DNA of 64,000 bases, taken from assembly GCA_950097015.1 (NCBI GenBank), contig CATNEN010000003.1, positions 4,216,001 to 4,280,000 on the forward strand, in the 5' to 3' direction. Below, in pieces: positions 27,295-37,172 of this stretch. The notes under the pieces were generated by a model that did not search any database, had not been told where the DNA came from, and saw only the letters and a list, made by a program, of their open reading frames with translations. The translations under genes and the position numbers were made by a program. This DNA is from Macrostomum hystrix. Taxonomy: Eukaryota; Animalia; Platyhelminthes. Each line of letters starts with the position of its first letter. The first letter of the stretch is position 1.

Positions 27295-27410
27295 TGTTGT
27301 GTTGTCCGGGTCTGTTGCGATAAAAATAAATAAATCGTTTTAATTTTTGCAGGCTGGGGTTGTTGTTTTACGAGCCATGAGCTATATCTAAAGAAAGGAA
27401 GTGCCAACTG

Positions 27411-27420
27411 CTTTATATAA
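27411..27420 (-). promoter_or_regulatory. Candidate TATA box for SNTX-like paralog B
   Basis: Minus strand TTATATAAAG about 33 nt upstream of ATG 27378. Confidence 0.35.
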
Positions 27421-27712
27421 CTTAAACCATTAACTACGTTTCCATCATTTACGACTGATTGCTCTTCGCGATGGCTAAAAGAACATTTAAGAATTGATAA
27501 ATCATGCCAAATCATGATTTCGGTCGAAGGCAGATTACGCTTCAATGATTCAAAATGAGCATAATTATTAGTGTCAGTGAATTCGCTTTTGGAAGGTAAG
27601 AAAGAAGCTAAATTCCATTTGTAAATTATAATTAGTCATAGAATGTTGTTCATTATCCATCTATGTTGTAATTGTAATCTAGATCATGATTCATCAAGGT
27701 CATGATTTTTCT

Positions 27713-28015
27713 AAGCCATAATTCATCTATGCTCATCTATGCTATAAACCATCTATAGTTCAAAAACCATCTAGGTCATAAACGATCTAGTTCATAAACC
27801 ATCGAGGCCATAAACCATCTATCTACGTCATAAACCATCCAGGTCATATATATTACCATCTAGGTCGTATGCCATCTAGTTCAGAAACCATCGAGGCCAT
27901 AAACCATCGATGTCGTATGCCATCTACGTCATAAACCATCTAGGTCGTATGCCATCTAGTTCAGAAACCATCTCAATTACACTTGTATAAACCATCTATC
28001 TAGGTCATAAACCAA
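27713..28015. repeat. Degenerate ~17-bp tandem repeat (aaaccatctaggtcata-like)
   Basis: Repeated ccatct/aaaccatc cores with variable spacers. Confidence 0.75.
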
Positions 28016-28926
28016 CTTAACCTTGCAGAAATATACAACTTAGTTTTACAGCTTTGGAGAAATCGGACAACTTAGGGAGTATCCTTGCAATTTGTCCGCT
28101 TACGGCTACCTGAACCGTACTCTGCAGATAATCTATAAAGTTTACTTACCTTTAATAAGCGACTTAAAAAGACGTTAAATTAAGATGCGTTTGAACTTCA
28201 CGATCCAAAAGAGCTATTTGTGCCACTCTTAGCGTGCAAGGGCGTCTTTTTATAGGCGAACAGTCGATGCAGAGCGAGTGTCCCCTCCCTCCATTATCAT
28301 AGGAAGCCTTAGCCCACATCTACGTTGCCACAGCAACGGAAACGCAGACAGACAACGATGAAAATAATTTTTTGTCTAGGTAAGAGACACTGCTGGACGT
28401 TTGGGAAATACAAAAAATAGATAAACTGAAGTTTTATTTTTCAAGACTTGCAAAGAATAGCTGTTTGTTTGGCGGTGCCTGGTACAAACTAATGATGTTT
28501 GTTAGTTACTCGTATGGATAAAGCGAAGTTCTCTTTTTGTTAGGGTTTGCTTGGGGTAGCTGCTGTATTCTATTAGCAGTGCGTGCTCTCGTGAACTCGA
28601 GAATAGCTCGCGTGCATAATACTTTATTCTACCTAGCTGAACACATTTAAAAAGTGAGTACATAGCAAAAGCGAAGTTCCGTCATTTAGAAACTTTTTTC
28701 ATTGGCAAGCTAGACGCAGCAAGATGCTAAAATTGTTCAGTAACAATAGCTGCTTGGCTAGACAGATAAATGACTCGATATGAATCGAGAAAAAACTCTA
28801 ATCCAAATACTATTTTTAGACTTTATTAAACGCATATTGTGTGTGCTGCAGTTTGACAGCTTGACAGTTAGACTATTTTACTTTACGTGACAAACTACTT
28901 CAAACCAACTAAAAATCTCCCAGGGT

Positions 28927-29455
28927 ACAACAACAACACAACAACAACAAGAGATGCTAGCCCCAAAAGTCAGGGAGGCAGCGTCAGATGGCGCGCCGCA
29001 GAGCCAGCGCGCGAACGGGGTCCGCGCCGGTGGCAGTGTCGGGCGCCCCGGCGTCGCTCAGCAAGCAGTCGACGTAGCGGCGGGTCCGAGCCTGGCCGCG
29101 CCTGAACGGGCCCTGCAGGGTGAGCAGCAGGACGTCCTGGGCGGGCTGGCGGCAGTAGCTCTCGGCCCAAATAACGGACCGAGGGTATTGGGGTATTAGC
29201 TAAAAGTATTAGCGAAAACAGTCTGGAAATAATGGCATCGTAAGAGTCAATCTGCAAATCTGCGCCATGCACTGTGCCGCGATGGGGCCGGAAACCGTTC
29301 TGCTCAGGCAGCAGGTACGGGTCCAGCACGGGCTGAAACCGCGATAGCAGCATCCGGTTAAACAGCTACGCTGCGCAAGACCCGATGCTCCTCCAGCCGT
29401 GTGGTGCCCTGCTTCTTTGCATGGAGTGGCGGCAGTATGCACCACGGTCCATTTT
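28927..29455 (-). mobile_element. Internally deleted, frameshifted non-LTR retrotransposon (RTE-like) relic with microsatellite tail
   Basis: Minus-strand peptides KKQGTTRLEEHR and LFNRMLLSRFQPVLDPYLLPEQNGFRPHRGT are LINE RT N-terminal motifs; also ..RYLG..; (aac)n at 28927-28950 is a (TTG)n 3' tail. Confidence 0.7.
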
Positions 29456-29831
29456 TTAGATTCTAGATGATTGTATAATTCTAGACTATTTCCTAGAAAA
29501 CTCGTAGTCTAGACCACAGAATATTACACATACGTACATGCTCAATCGAGCTCCCTTCGTGAAAATTGCTGTGCCAGAAAGATGCGCAATTGAGCACTCA
29601 TTCAAGCACTATCTTGCTCGGCATTTCCATTTATTTGATGCGTGCCTCCAAAAAAATTAAACCAGGAAGCTTCGACAAATTTACGGCGTAGAACAAGGTT
29701 CATCAGAAGTAACATCCCATGTTAGACTTCTGACAGTCTATTTTAAAATAGACGACAACCAACGGAATTTAAGGATTCAATGGATTAACTTTCTCCTTTT
29801 GCTGAACTACGTCGTACTAGATACGTATAAG

Positions 29832-30555
29832 TTATCACCCACTTTTTTATTTATTTTGGCCGGGAACGGCTGAGGACTCGTTTATTAAGATGTTTTCACG
29901 AAGTTTAACGAAGACGTTTTCGGCCATAGATAAGTCAAACAAGTGGGTGATAATGTATTTAATCCCCAGCTTGGCCCGGCCTATTGGCTATTAATTCTGT
30001 GCATTTATTATTCAATCGGCCTAGGCCGTTAAATGATTTAACGGCCTAGGCCGATTAAACATATAGTCTATGGTCACAGTTGCTGTAAACAGTTTTAGGT
30101 TTGCAATCTCGTGAGCCGGGCCAAGCTTTAGGATTAAATACTATAATACCCCCTGAAATCGTTGTCTATGGCCTTGGAACGGCTTCGGACTGCGCTTCTG
30201 GGCCTCGGCTTCGCCTCGGCCAAGAAACGCGTCCTCAGCCTTTCCTAGGCCAAAGAAACGAAATCAGGGGGGTATTATTCTATACTTATTCCACAGTTGA
30301 AGCCAGATAATTGTCACCGGACCAGATAAATGTTTATCTGTCCCGGCCAGATAAATTTCAACGGCCAAATAAATAAATTTATCTGGTCTATGGGCCAATC
30401 CAACTGGGGAATAAATGGTATATATTCCCCATTTATACCAGGGCTAGGGCAATAAATGCTTGAGTGCGTCGTTTATTGACCGAGGCGAAGCCGAGGTCAA
30501 TAAGCGATGCACGAGTGCATTTATTGCCATAGACACTGGAATAAGTGGGGAATAT
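29832..30555. repeat. Array of five contiguous palindromic (hairpin/MITE-like) cassettes: 29832-29953, 29955-30141, 30143-30278, 30286-30414, 30422-30555
   Basis: Each unit is bounded by its own inverted repeat: ttatcacccactt/aagtgggtgataa; gtatttaatcc..agcttggcccggc/gccgggccaagct..ggattaaatac; ataataccccctga/tcaggggggtattat; ttattccacagttg/caactggggaataa; atattccccatttat/ataagtggggaatat. Each contains CCATAGA or TCTATGG. Confidence 0.85.
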
Positions 30556-30556
30556 T

Positions 30557-31282
30557 ATATGTATCCCTCAGTTGAATAGCATAAAGTACAAAGCTAAAAG
30601 CTAAAATGGCCATAGACACTAGCATTAAGGTACTGTACCGCTAAATGAAAGACGCGCTCGTAAAAAGAAGAGAGTCAGCGCGAGTGCTTGGCTTAGCTAG
30701 CTACAGTAGTTAAAATGGCTACTGTAGTTAAAATGGCTACCGAAAGATTTGTCAATCTGACTGACGAAGAAGTTAGTTCACTCATCGAAGGAACGGTTCC
30801 AACAAACACGCTAAAGAAATGTCGCTGGATGTTTTCTACTTTCCAAGAGTGGCATGCGGCGAAGAAAGTGCTCTGGTGTTCCGACGGTGGACCCTCGCTT
30901 ATCGTACTGAAAGGTGCAGATTAGTTCTCGAAGTCCGATTTGAACTTTCTAATGAAAAGTTTCATTCTTGAGGTGAGGACAAAGCGCAACGGTCGCTACT
31001 CCGCTGGGACATTAAAGGATTTCTTTTCGTCAATACAATACCACATGCACCATGTGTATCGCCGTCAGTGGTGCATCTGGACGGACATCGACATGCACAA
31101 GTGCAACTGTTAAATGGTTACAATTTCATGTTGAATCGATTTCATTTTAAAATATAAAGTTCTCGTTTATTTGCACTCTGTGCCGGTGCAAATAAATCAT
31201 TTATCTGCACCGGTGCAGATAAACGAAATAAACCATTAGAACATAGACTACTGCACCAGTGCAACTGGGGGATACATATGTA
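30557..31282 (+). mobile_element. Non-autonomous Crypton-like (tyrosine recombinase) DNA transposon, sixth unit of the array
   Basis: Terminal inverted repeats atatgtatccctcagttg / caactgggggatacatat; direct ATATGTA at both ends (30557-30563, 31276-31282); internal perfect palindrome tttatctgcaccggtgcagataaa (31200-31223); encloses a recombinase N-terminal remnant. Confidence 0.7.
30715..31113 (+). pseudogene. Crypton/DUF3504 (KCTD1/ZMYM/QRICH1-like) tyrosine recombinase N-terminal remnant; in-frame stop at 30922-30924, catalytic domain deleted
   Basis: RFVNLTDEEVSSLIEGTVPTNTLKKCRWMFSTFQEW ... *FSKSDLNFLMKSFILEVRTKRNGRYSAGTLKDFFSSIQYHM fits the Crypton-A N-terminal pattern RF..L..EE...L....P.NT...T.W....F..W ... 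L..F..EVR...G..Y...TL......Q..L. Confidence 0.72.
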
Positions 31283-31611
31283 GCACAAAATAGATGTAGT
31301 GCTTAAATGAGTGCTCAAAGGATTAAACTGCCTGCCGGCTTGACACAATTTTTGCCATAGACAACAAGTAGTGAGGCTCAAAATGCGTGTTTTTGAATCT
31401 TACGAGATTAATCGAAAAAAGCGCAAGACAAACTAATTTTGCGGAGCTGCTGCTTAAATTGTGAATTATTTTTTAAACTATTCCGTCTTATAAACGTCTT
31501 ATTAATGCTACTTTACTAGATCATACTAGATCACTCAAAAAGCGAAGCATTTAGTCAGAGATTTAATAAATACTTCAAGGAATCGGTGGACACAAGTACA
31601 TGCTAATAGAG

Positions 31612-32226
31612 TCAATCAGGTGCTACTGAATGAACTGACTGCATCATGGAGCTGCCATGATGGATGGTTGTAAATCGTTGACCCCAAGACGAGCCCGAGG
31701 GCATGCCCATCAAGTACAACAGCTGCGGATAGGCGATCAGCACCGAGGCGTGATCTTTGCGCCGGTGCAGCCATCGGGCGGCTTCGAAATAGCCGTGACG
31801 CTCCAGGATTTGAGCGGCGGCGGCGCCACTGATGACGCCTTCGCCGACTGAATCGGCCTCCAGGTATTCTGTCAAGTAGTCCAGGCAGGGAATCACTGGC
31901 AGGTAGGCGTAGCACAAAGCTACAAAGTCTTGAAACGTCAAGTAGGATCCGATGGCACCCGTTGCCGAGGAAACCATCGTGGCCACCCGCTGAGTAGTCA
32001 GGCTTCCGTTGAAGGTGCGCAGGAATCGACCAACCTGGCTATCCGTTAGGCGCTCTTGGGTGCGCTTCGATTTTCGGCCACCGATGACAAATTTAGCCAC
32101 TGGGCGCTGATAATAGTGGTAAAACAGTGATCGGATCAAACCACTGCTGTCAGGTGGCTCCGGTAGAGTATTTTTGGTCTGCGGGAAAGTTGAACGAGAT
32201 AGATCTGCCAACGAGGCTGTGTACAT
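31612..32226 (-). CDS. Uncharacterised protein, probably a divergent calmodulin-like EF-hand protein (204 aa; start uncertain)
   Basis: Coding-like composition; degenerate EF-hand-like segments RLTDSQVGRFLR, YLTFQDFVAL, EADSVGEGVISG and LIAYPQLLYLM spaced as in calmodulin-like proteins. Confidence 0.45.
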   Translation of the reverse strand: MYTASLADLSRSTFPQTKNTLPEPPDSSGLIRSLFYHYYQRPVAKFVIGGRKSKRTQERLTDSQVGRFLRTFNGSLTTQRVATMVSSATGAIGSYLTFQDFVALCYAYLPVIPCLDYLTEYLEADSVGEGVISGAAAAQILERHGYFEAARWLHRRKDHASVLIAYPQLLYLMGMPSGSSWGQRFTTIHHGSSMMQSVHSVAPD

Positions 32227-32872
32227 CTGTGTTCAGATAGTGCCCAGGAGAAATTTGCTCATGAACTATTTGCATATTTACAGTGGAACTACCAAATGGG
32301 GGGATTCCACCATGACTATTTTTATTACTGCACCCGAAAGGAGCAATTCGCAAGCACACGGAACTCAAAGAACACGGACCAACTTTTTTGCGCATCGTCT
32401 GAAACAAGAATCAGGTCGCCAGCTCTTCAGATCGTCGAGATATTCAATGGTTCTCGCCGAAGGTCAGATTTTTTCTATAACCGCTAGGGGATTTCATAAA
32501 CCCCTTTAAACGAATTAGCAATGCGCCCCAGTGCGGCCTTGCCAGGCCTTCAAACTTCCCATGGGACAAGTGGGGATCTCCGTCTTCGGTGGTCACCCAC
32601 CTTTATCTAGACGGAGCTGCTGGACCTTGAAGGGCTTCAACGGGTAGAACTAGGCAATTATAAATGGACACCCTGACGCGAATTTCTCCAATTCCACTGA
32701 TCCAGCCTAAATATTAGGCGCAGCTCAACCACAGGGCACCCTCGCCTCGCCTAGTCTGTCAACCAATCAGTCACCACCCAACGCTGTTAGAATTCAGGCG
32801 CTGAAAAAGTTCTGGGGAGGGAGCAATTTCCCTCAGAAGAAACTAAAATAAAGACTAAAAGACTAAAAGAAG

Positions 32873-33133
32873 TGAGGTGGCGTTTAACCTTAACTCTATG
32901 GAATGACCCGATGAACTTTAACGTGCTTGTTTTGCATCACAACTTGTTTATTGCACTTTTATCTTACTCGTTTTAGTCCGTTTTAGTCTATGTCTATGTT
33001 CCTTCCACCACTCTCCCCTGTTCGCTATATACTAACTCGCGGCCGATCATCGCCGATAAAAGATATACAAAAGCTTCACATCTCGTTGCAACTCTAAAAG
33101 AGTCCACTTTCCTCGGTAACTCGCGGCACAACA
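32873..33133 (+). repeat. 5' LTR (261 bp)
   Basis: tgaggtggcg...cggcacaaca, identical by eye to 36890-37150. Confidence 0.97.
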
Positions 33134-36100
33134 ATGGCGTCGCAAGCAGCCAGACAACAGAGCCAAGAGCTCGATTTGGAAAATGCAGAGATGGCCGAGG
33201 CATGGATGCAACAGCTATCGGCAACAGCACGCATGAAGAAGATCTCCGACTCTGACCAAGCTCGAGACAAAACAGACTTGTTTCTATCAAAGGCGGGACT
33301 CCATGCAATCCGCACCCTGTCCCTCATGGCAGCGCCCAAACAGCTGGACGAAATGATGTTTGACGACATCAAAGAGCTCGTCGACAGCACAATTCGCCCT
33401 AAGAAGCGCCTCGTCATCGCTGAGCGCACGAAATTCCTCAACTTGAGGCAGGAGGCGGGAGAGAGCGTCATGGCGTACTTCCGAAGGTTGAGAGCTGCTG
33501 CATCGCTATGTCAATTCGAGACACTGGGCAGCAAGCAAACTAAGGAAAACGACATGATCGTCATGCGACTCATCGATGGTCTGAACTCGCCTGAACACAA
33601 GAAGCGGATCCTCGAGCGGCTGCAAGAAGGCGACATGTTGCTAGACAGCATTCTGCAGAGCCTACAACACCTAGAGCAAATCAGGGAATACCACGCTCCC
33701 GCGACTGCGGACATCGCTTTCAACGGCCAGCAGAAGAGCTCGTCACCTCCAAGAACATCGGCAATCTCCAAATGCAGATTCTGTGGCGCCAGCCACCCTC
33801 GGGGCAGCTGCCCGGCGTACGGCAAAAAGTGCACCAACTGCCAGAAAAAGAATCACTTCGCGGCTGTTTGCAGATCCCGAGCTGTCCATTTGGAGACAAC
33901 AGAGTCCGCTGAGGAAGCAGAGGTGTACGCCGTAGGCCCCAGCGCAGCAAAGACTGGCCTTTTCAGGACCATTAAGATCAATGGCTGCGGCGTGCCAATG
34001 CAGGTCGACACCGGGGCGGAGGTCAGCCTCATTCCTCAGAACCTCTGGCGTCAGGTCGGCCGCCCAGCCCTGCGCAAGTGCAAGAAAACTCTGCGGCAGT
34101 TCGACGGTTCCAGCATTGCCTGCCTGGGCGAGTTCACTGCGTCACTCGAGACCGACTCCAAATTCGTAGCAGTCGACCTGGTCGTCACCGTTGCGGAAAA
34201 GAAGCACGGACTGCTCGGAATGGACAACATCAAGCTGCAGGAGAACGCCGTGACCATCAACGAAATACAGCAGCTCGGCTGTCTCAAAGGCTTCCAGGCC
34301 AAAATCAGACTCATCGAGGGAGCCAAACCGTTCTACTGCGCCGCACGATCAGTGCCACTGCACCTCAAAGACCTGGTGGTACGTGAGTTGCAGCGCATGG
34401 AGTCTGAAGGCATCATTGAGCCGGTCCCTGCCGGGGGCAGCCAGTGGGCGTCCCCCATTGTCAACGTCCTGAAGCCCAATGGGAAAGTGCGAGTATGCGC
34501 CGACTTCAAGGCAGGAGTGAATCACCAGATCTGCAACGACACCTACCCGATGCCGGAAATGGAGACAATATTCTCCGAAATCGTTGGCATGACGCTTTTT
34601 GCCAAGCTCGACCTCTCGGACGCCTACCTGCAGATCGAACTGGACGAGGACAGCCGAGAAGTGACCACCATTTCAACGCCACTGGGCCTCTTTAAGTACA
34701 AGAGACTGGTGCCTGGTCTGAAGTCAGCGTCATCAATTTTCCAGAAAGCCATGGAGACAATCCTGGAAGACATCAGCGGTAAGATTGTCTACCAGGATGA
34801 CATTCTACTGGGTGCAAAGTCCGACTCCGAGCTCAATCAGAAAGTGCAACGCGTACTGCAAACTCTGCAGTCATCTGGAATGACCATCAACCTGGACAAG
34901 TCGAATCTAAGAGCAACAGAAATTTCATTCCTAGGCTACAGAATCAGCGCCTCAGGAATAACCCCGGATCCGGAGTTGGTGAGAAAAATTCGCTCTGTGA
35001 AGCCTCCCAAGGACAAGAAGCAACTGGAGTCCTTCCTGGGACTCGCCAATTTCTTCGGTCGATTCATCAAGAGCTACTCAGATGTCGTCGAACCGCTAAA
35101 TCAGCTACGAGGCCGAGCAGCAGAATTCAACTGGGGTCCTGTTCAGCAAGCCGCTTTCTCACTGATCAAGGACATTCTCAGCCGAGAACCGGTGCTCCAG
35201 CCCTACAACAAGCGCGAGGAGACGACGCTCACCACCGACGCCAGCGAGAGGGCAATTGCAGCGGTCCTATCTCAGGCCGGACACCCGGTCATGTACTTCA
35301 GTCGACGGTTGAGTAGCGCTGAGACTCGCTACTCCAACATCGAGAGAGAGGCGCTCGCAATCGTCTGGGCCATGGAGCGAGCCAAGCAATTCCTGCTGGG
35401 GTCGCACTTCACGCTGAGAACCGACCACCGCCCGCTGGAGTTTATCTTTGGCACGAGGCGCCAGCTGCCGAAGGTCGCAAACGCAAGGCTGCTTCGGTGG
35501 GCCATAAAGCTGATGGCATTTGACTACGACATCACCTACACCAAGGGTGAGTCGATTCCGCAAGTCGACGCGCTAACAAGGCTGGACTTCGATAACGACA
35601 ACTCGGAGAGTCAGGGCGAGCAGGTAGAAAGCGTCATCCACTGGACGGGAGAAGCCGTAATTCCATGGCAGGAGCTCAGGGAAGAAACCCTGCGGGAGAT
35701 GCTGCTGACGGACATTATGAGGCGAGTCGCCACTAACAGATGGTCCAACTGCTCACCAGCCGAGAAGCCTTTCAAAGCGGCCCGAAACGCCTTGACTGTG
35801 GAGGACGGAGTTCTCTGCTACGGCGATCGCGTGGTAATTCCGGCCGTACTCCGACAAAAAGCACTCCGGCTGGTGCACAACGATACGCATCAAGGATCCA
35901 GCTCAACTCGCGCTCGCCTTCAGAACTCCGCCTGGTGGCCAGGCTACTGCAACGACGTGGAGGCATTCATCCACAGCTGCCCAACCTGCTCAAGACTTCG
36001 ACCAAAAAGCACAGCGACTGTCCACCGGTGGCCGGAGGAGCAGGAGCCCTGGCACAGAGTGCATATGGACCACGCGAGTGTGCCGAATGTCGGACTACTG

Positions 36101-36892
36101 CTCATTCTGGTCGACGCGATGTCTGGCTGGCCAGAGGCTGTGCGGGTGCCGAACCGAGACGCGGCAACCGTTAAGCGGGTATTGCAGTCTGTCTTCGCGA
36201 GAACCGGAGTGCCGCACGTGCTCGTCAGCGACAACGCTGCCGAGTTCCACGACGCGAATCTCCTCACCTGGCTAGAGAGAATCGGCTGTCGAGCCCTGAA
36301 GACGCCGCCGCGGCATCCGCAATCAAACGGGTTAGCAGAGCGGATGGTGCAATCCATCAAGAGAGCATCGAAAGCGTGGGACCAGCAGTCGGAAACGTAT
36401 GACTCATTCCTGTCCCGGCTGCTCCTGAACTATAGGTGCGTACCGCACGCAGGCCGGCTGCAGAGCCCGGCGCAGCTCATGGGACGGCAGCTACGCAACC
36501 CTATTACCATGCAGACGCCAATCGGAGCGAGCGTTTGGTATACGCCCGGCGGCAAGCAGGTCCAAGAGCGAGCCGAGTTCGTCGCCCAGAAGGGCACCAA
36601 CACAGCACTGATCGCGCGGCAAGGAGGCCAGGTCACACTAGCTCACGCTGACCAGCTCAGCCCTGTTATCGAGGGGCAGCCAACTGACCCAGGACAGCAC
36701 CCGCTTGATGAGTCCGCACCGCACCGGCCTAACGAGCAGCAGCAAGCTGAACAGCCTGCCGAAAATCGGCCGGGCGACCTCCTTCATGACCATCAGAGCG
36801 TGATCGGCGAGCCAAACGAGAGACCAGAGCCCCGCTACCCAGTGCGTGCTAACCGAGGCATCCCGCCGATTCGATTCGAAGGGGGAAGATGA
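33134..36892 (+). CDS. Gag-Pol polyprotein (zinc knuckles, aspartic protease, RT, RNase H, integrase), 1252 aa
   Basis: CRFCGASH..CPAYGKKCTNCQKKNHFAAVC knuckles; VDTGA protease; YQDD RT; TTDAS..EREALA..TDH RNase H; H..H..CPTC plus HMD/SDN/AER integrase; domain order PR-RT-RH-IN. Confidence 0.96.
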   Translation: MASQAARQQSQELDLENAEMAEAWMQQLSATARMKKISDSDQARDKTDLFLSKAGLHAIRTLSLMAAPKQLDEMMFDDIKELVDSTIRPKKRLVIAERTKFLNLRQEAGESVMAYFRRLRAAASLCQFETLGSKQTKENDMIVMRLIDGLNSPEHKKRILERLQEGDMLLDSILQSLQHLEQIREYHAPATADIAFNGQQKSSSPPRTSAISKCRFCGASHPRGSCPAYGKKCTNCQKKNHFAAVCRSRAVHLETTESAEEAEVYAVGPSAAKTGLFRTIKINGCGVPMQVDTGAEVSLIPQNLWRQVGRPALRKCKKTLRQFDGSSIACLGEFTASLETDSKFVAVDLVVTVAEKKHGLLGMDNIKLQENAVTINEIQQLGCLKGFQAKIRLIEGAKPFYCAARSVPLHLKDLVVRELQRMESEGIIEPVPAGGSQWASPIVNVLKPNGKVRVCADFKAGVNHQICNDTYPMPEMETIFSEIVGMTLFAKLDLSDAYLQIELDEDSREVTTISTPLGLFKYKRLVPGLKSASSIFQKAMETILEDISGKIVYQDDILLGAKSDSELNQKVQRVLQTLQSSGMTINLDKSNLRATEISFLGYRISASGITPDPELVRKIRSVKPPKDKKQLESFLGLANFFGRFIKSYSDVVEPLNQLRGRAAEFNWGPVQQAAFSLIKDILSREPVLQPYNKREETTLTTDASERAIAAVLSQAGHPVMYFSRRLSSAETRYSNIEREALAIVWAMERAKQFLLGSHFTLRTDHRPLEFIFGTRRQLPKVANARLLRWAIKLMAFDYDITYTKGESIPQVDALTRLDFDNDNSESQGEQVESVIHWTGEAVIPWQELREETLREMLLTDIMRRVATNRWSNCSPAEKPFKAARNALTVEDGVLCYGDRVVIPAVLRQKALRLVHNDTHQGSSSTRARLQNSAWWPGYCNDVEAFIHSCPTCSRLRPKSTATVHRWPEEQEPWHRVHMDHASVPNVGLLLILVDAMSGWPEAVRVPNRDAATVKRVLQSVFARTGVPHVLVSDNAAEFHDANLLTWLERIGCRALKTPPRHPQSNGLAERMVQSIKRASKAWDQQSETYDSFLSRLLLNYRCVPHAGRLQSPAQLMGRQLRNPITMQTPIGASVWYTPGGKQVQERAEFVAQKGTNTALIARQGGQVTLAHADQLSPVIEGQPTDPGQHPLDESAPHRPNEQQQAEQPAENRPGDLLHDHQSVIGEPNERPEPRYPVRANRGIPPIRFEGGR

Positions 36893-37150
36893 GGTGGCGT
36901 TTAACCTTAACTCTATGGAATGACCCGATGAACTTTAACGTGCTTGTTTTGCATCACAACTTGTTTATTGCACTTTTATCTTACTCGTTTTAGTCCGTTT
37001 TAGTCTATGTCTATGTTCCTTCCACCACTCTCCCCTGTTCGCTATATACTAACTCGCGGCCGATCATCGCCGATAAAAGATATACAAAAGCTTCACATCT
37101 CGTTGCAACTCTAAAAGAGTCCACTTTCCTCGGTAACTCGCGGCACAACA
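36890..37150 (+). repeat. 3' LTR (261 bp)
   Basis: Identical to the 5' LTR; its first three bases TGA are the ORF stop codon. Confidence 0.97.
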
Positions 37151-37172
37151 AGAAGCACGACTCAAACTGAGT

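Larger units (their letters stand above)
32873..37150 (+). mobile_element. Full-length Ty3/Gypsy (Mag-like) LTR retrotransposon, 4,278 bp
   Basis: Identical 261-bp TG..CA LTRs; 5-bp TSD AGAAG (32868-32872, 37151-37155); PBS TGGCGTCGCAAGCAG (tRNA-Ser-like); PPT gaagggggaaga; intact gag-pol. Confidence 0.97.

Noticed and set aside
29832-30555. CRISPR-like repeat-spacer array
   Set aside because: No identical direct repeats with unique spacers and no cas genes; the units are whole inverted-repeat elements in a eukaryotic context.
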